Source: Lingula anatina | Taxonomy: Eukaryota; Animalia; Brachiopoda | Direction: 5' to 3' | Assembly: GCA_051362555.1 (NCBI GenBank) | Contig: CM120649.1 | Location: 18,428,567 to 18,492,566, forward strand | DNA: 64,000 nucleotides | Shown here: one piece after another, positions 63,090 through 64,000 of the stretch | Position numbering within the stretch: the first letter of the stretch is position 1 | Layout: each line of letters opens with the position of its first letter | Made by a program: the position numbers and the translations under genes | The notes under the pieces: model-generated | The model's database searches: none | Told to the model about the DNA's origin: nothing | The model's input: only the letters and a program-made list of their open reading frames with translations

Positions 63090-64000
63090 CCCTTAGCAAA
63101 ATTTTAAGCTTCCCGCACACTGTTTCTGCGGATGCGCAGCAGATTCACAGTAAGGGTTTCTGCGGATGCGCAGCACGCCTCATTTGCATGGTAAAATACG
63201 CACCTCCTGCACACTCCTTGCACATCTCCTGCAAACTTCCTGCACACCCCCAACACCACAACCAGCACACTTCTCGCATACCTCCTGCGTACTTCTTGCA
63301 TACCTTCTGCGTACTTTTTGCACACTTCCTGCGCACATCTTGCACACCTCCTGCGTATGTGTTGCACACCTCCTGCGTACTTTTTGCACACCTTTTGTGC
63401 ACTTCTTGCACACCTCCTGCACACTTTTTGCATACTTTGTTGCACACTAATTTAAATATTTTATAACACAATTTAAATTTTATTCACTCGTTTTTTCAAT
63501 CAGTTAACATTAATTCTACAAAGACAGGTTCTGAGTTACATCTAAAGACGTGCCAACAGAAATATTGTAAAATCTGTTTATCAACAACAAACAAGAAATT
63601 ACAGTCATATATTGTGCTTTATTAATCAAATTAAAAATCGAACAAAATCAGCAAAATCCAAGCCATGTCCATATTTCTCTTCTTTACATCTTTCTGCCAC
63701 ATTTCTCTTCTTTACTCATCCTGTCCTGCTCCGTCAATCTAAAAAAGAGTATACCATAAAGTCCTACAAATTTACCACACTGTGCACAATGCTTAACATC
63801 CAAATCTTAAACATCCATGTGGAGGACAAAAAAACCATCAATATACACATTACTGTTTGAGAAGTCCTGAAATCAAGTTCAAGTGTTTATTATTCATATA
63901 AAGAAAAGGTTGAAAGGTAGGCAGAAAAATGTCTTGGATATTAAAAAAAAAAAAAACAGTGCTAAAACTGCTTTGAAGAATACTTTATATACATTCCTCA
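63090..64000. mobile_element. Second, near-identical copy of the 40727 element (runs off the window)
   Basis: Matches 40727-41640 with only a few substitutions; interrupts a LINE RT fragment. Confidence 0.9.

Overview
This is AT-rich, intron-containing animal genomic DNA, most consistent with a marine invertebrate such as a mollusc (inferred from the repeat types). It is not prokaryotic, so most six-frame ORFs are spurious. Manual splice and phase reconstruction gives two related minus-strand genes. (1) At 50658-57121 (5' part off the right edge), nine phase-consistent exons encode TIR(C-terminal part)-linker-ZU5-UPA-Q/P-rich repeats-Death-like-CARD-like. (2) From about 36642 to the left edge is a tandem array of a symmetric phase 1-1 three-exon TIR cassette (75+139+188 nt = 134 aa). 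It has four complete stop-free copies plus extra TIR exon-1 copies and continues off-window. Together they suggest a poly-TIR/ZU5/death-fold innate-immune gene cluster expanding by exon-cassette duplication. Introns and intergenic DNA are packed with nested transposons: Kolobok-, Tc1/mariner-, CMC-, Harbinger-, MULE-, IS3EU- and Helentron-like elements, RTE-X and CR1/L2 LINE remnants, and a Gypsy remnant. Domain and TE family calls come from motif recognition by eye, not database searches.
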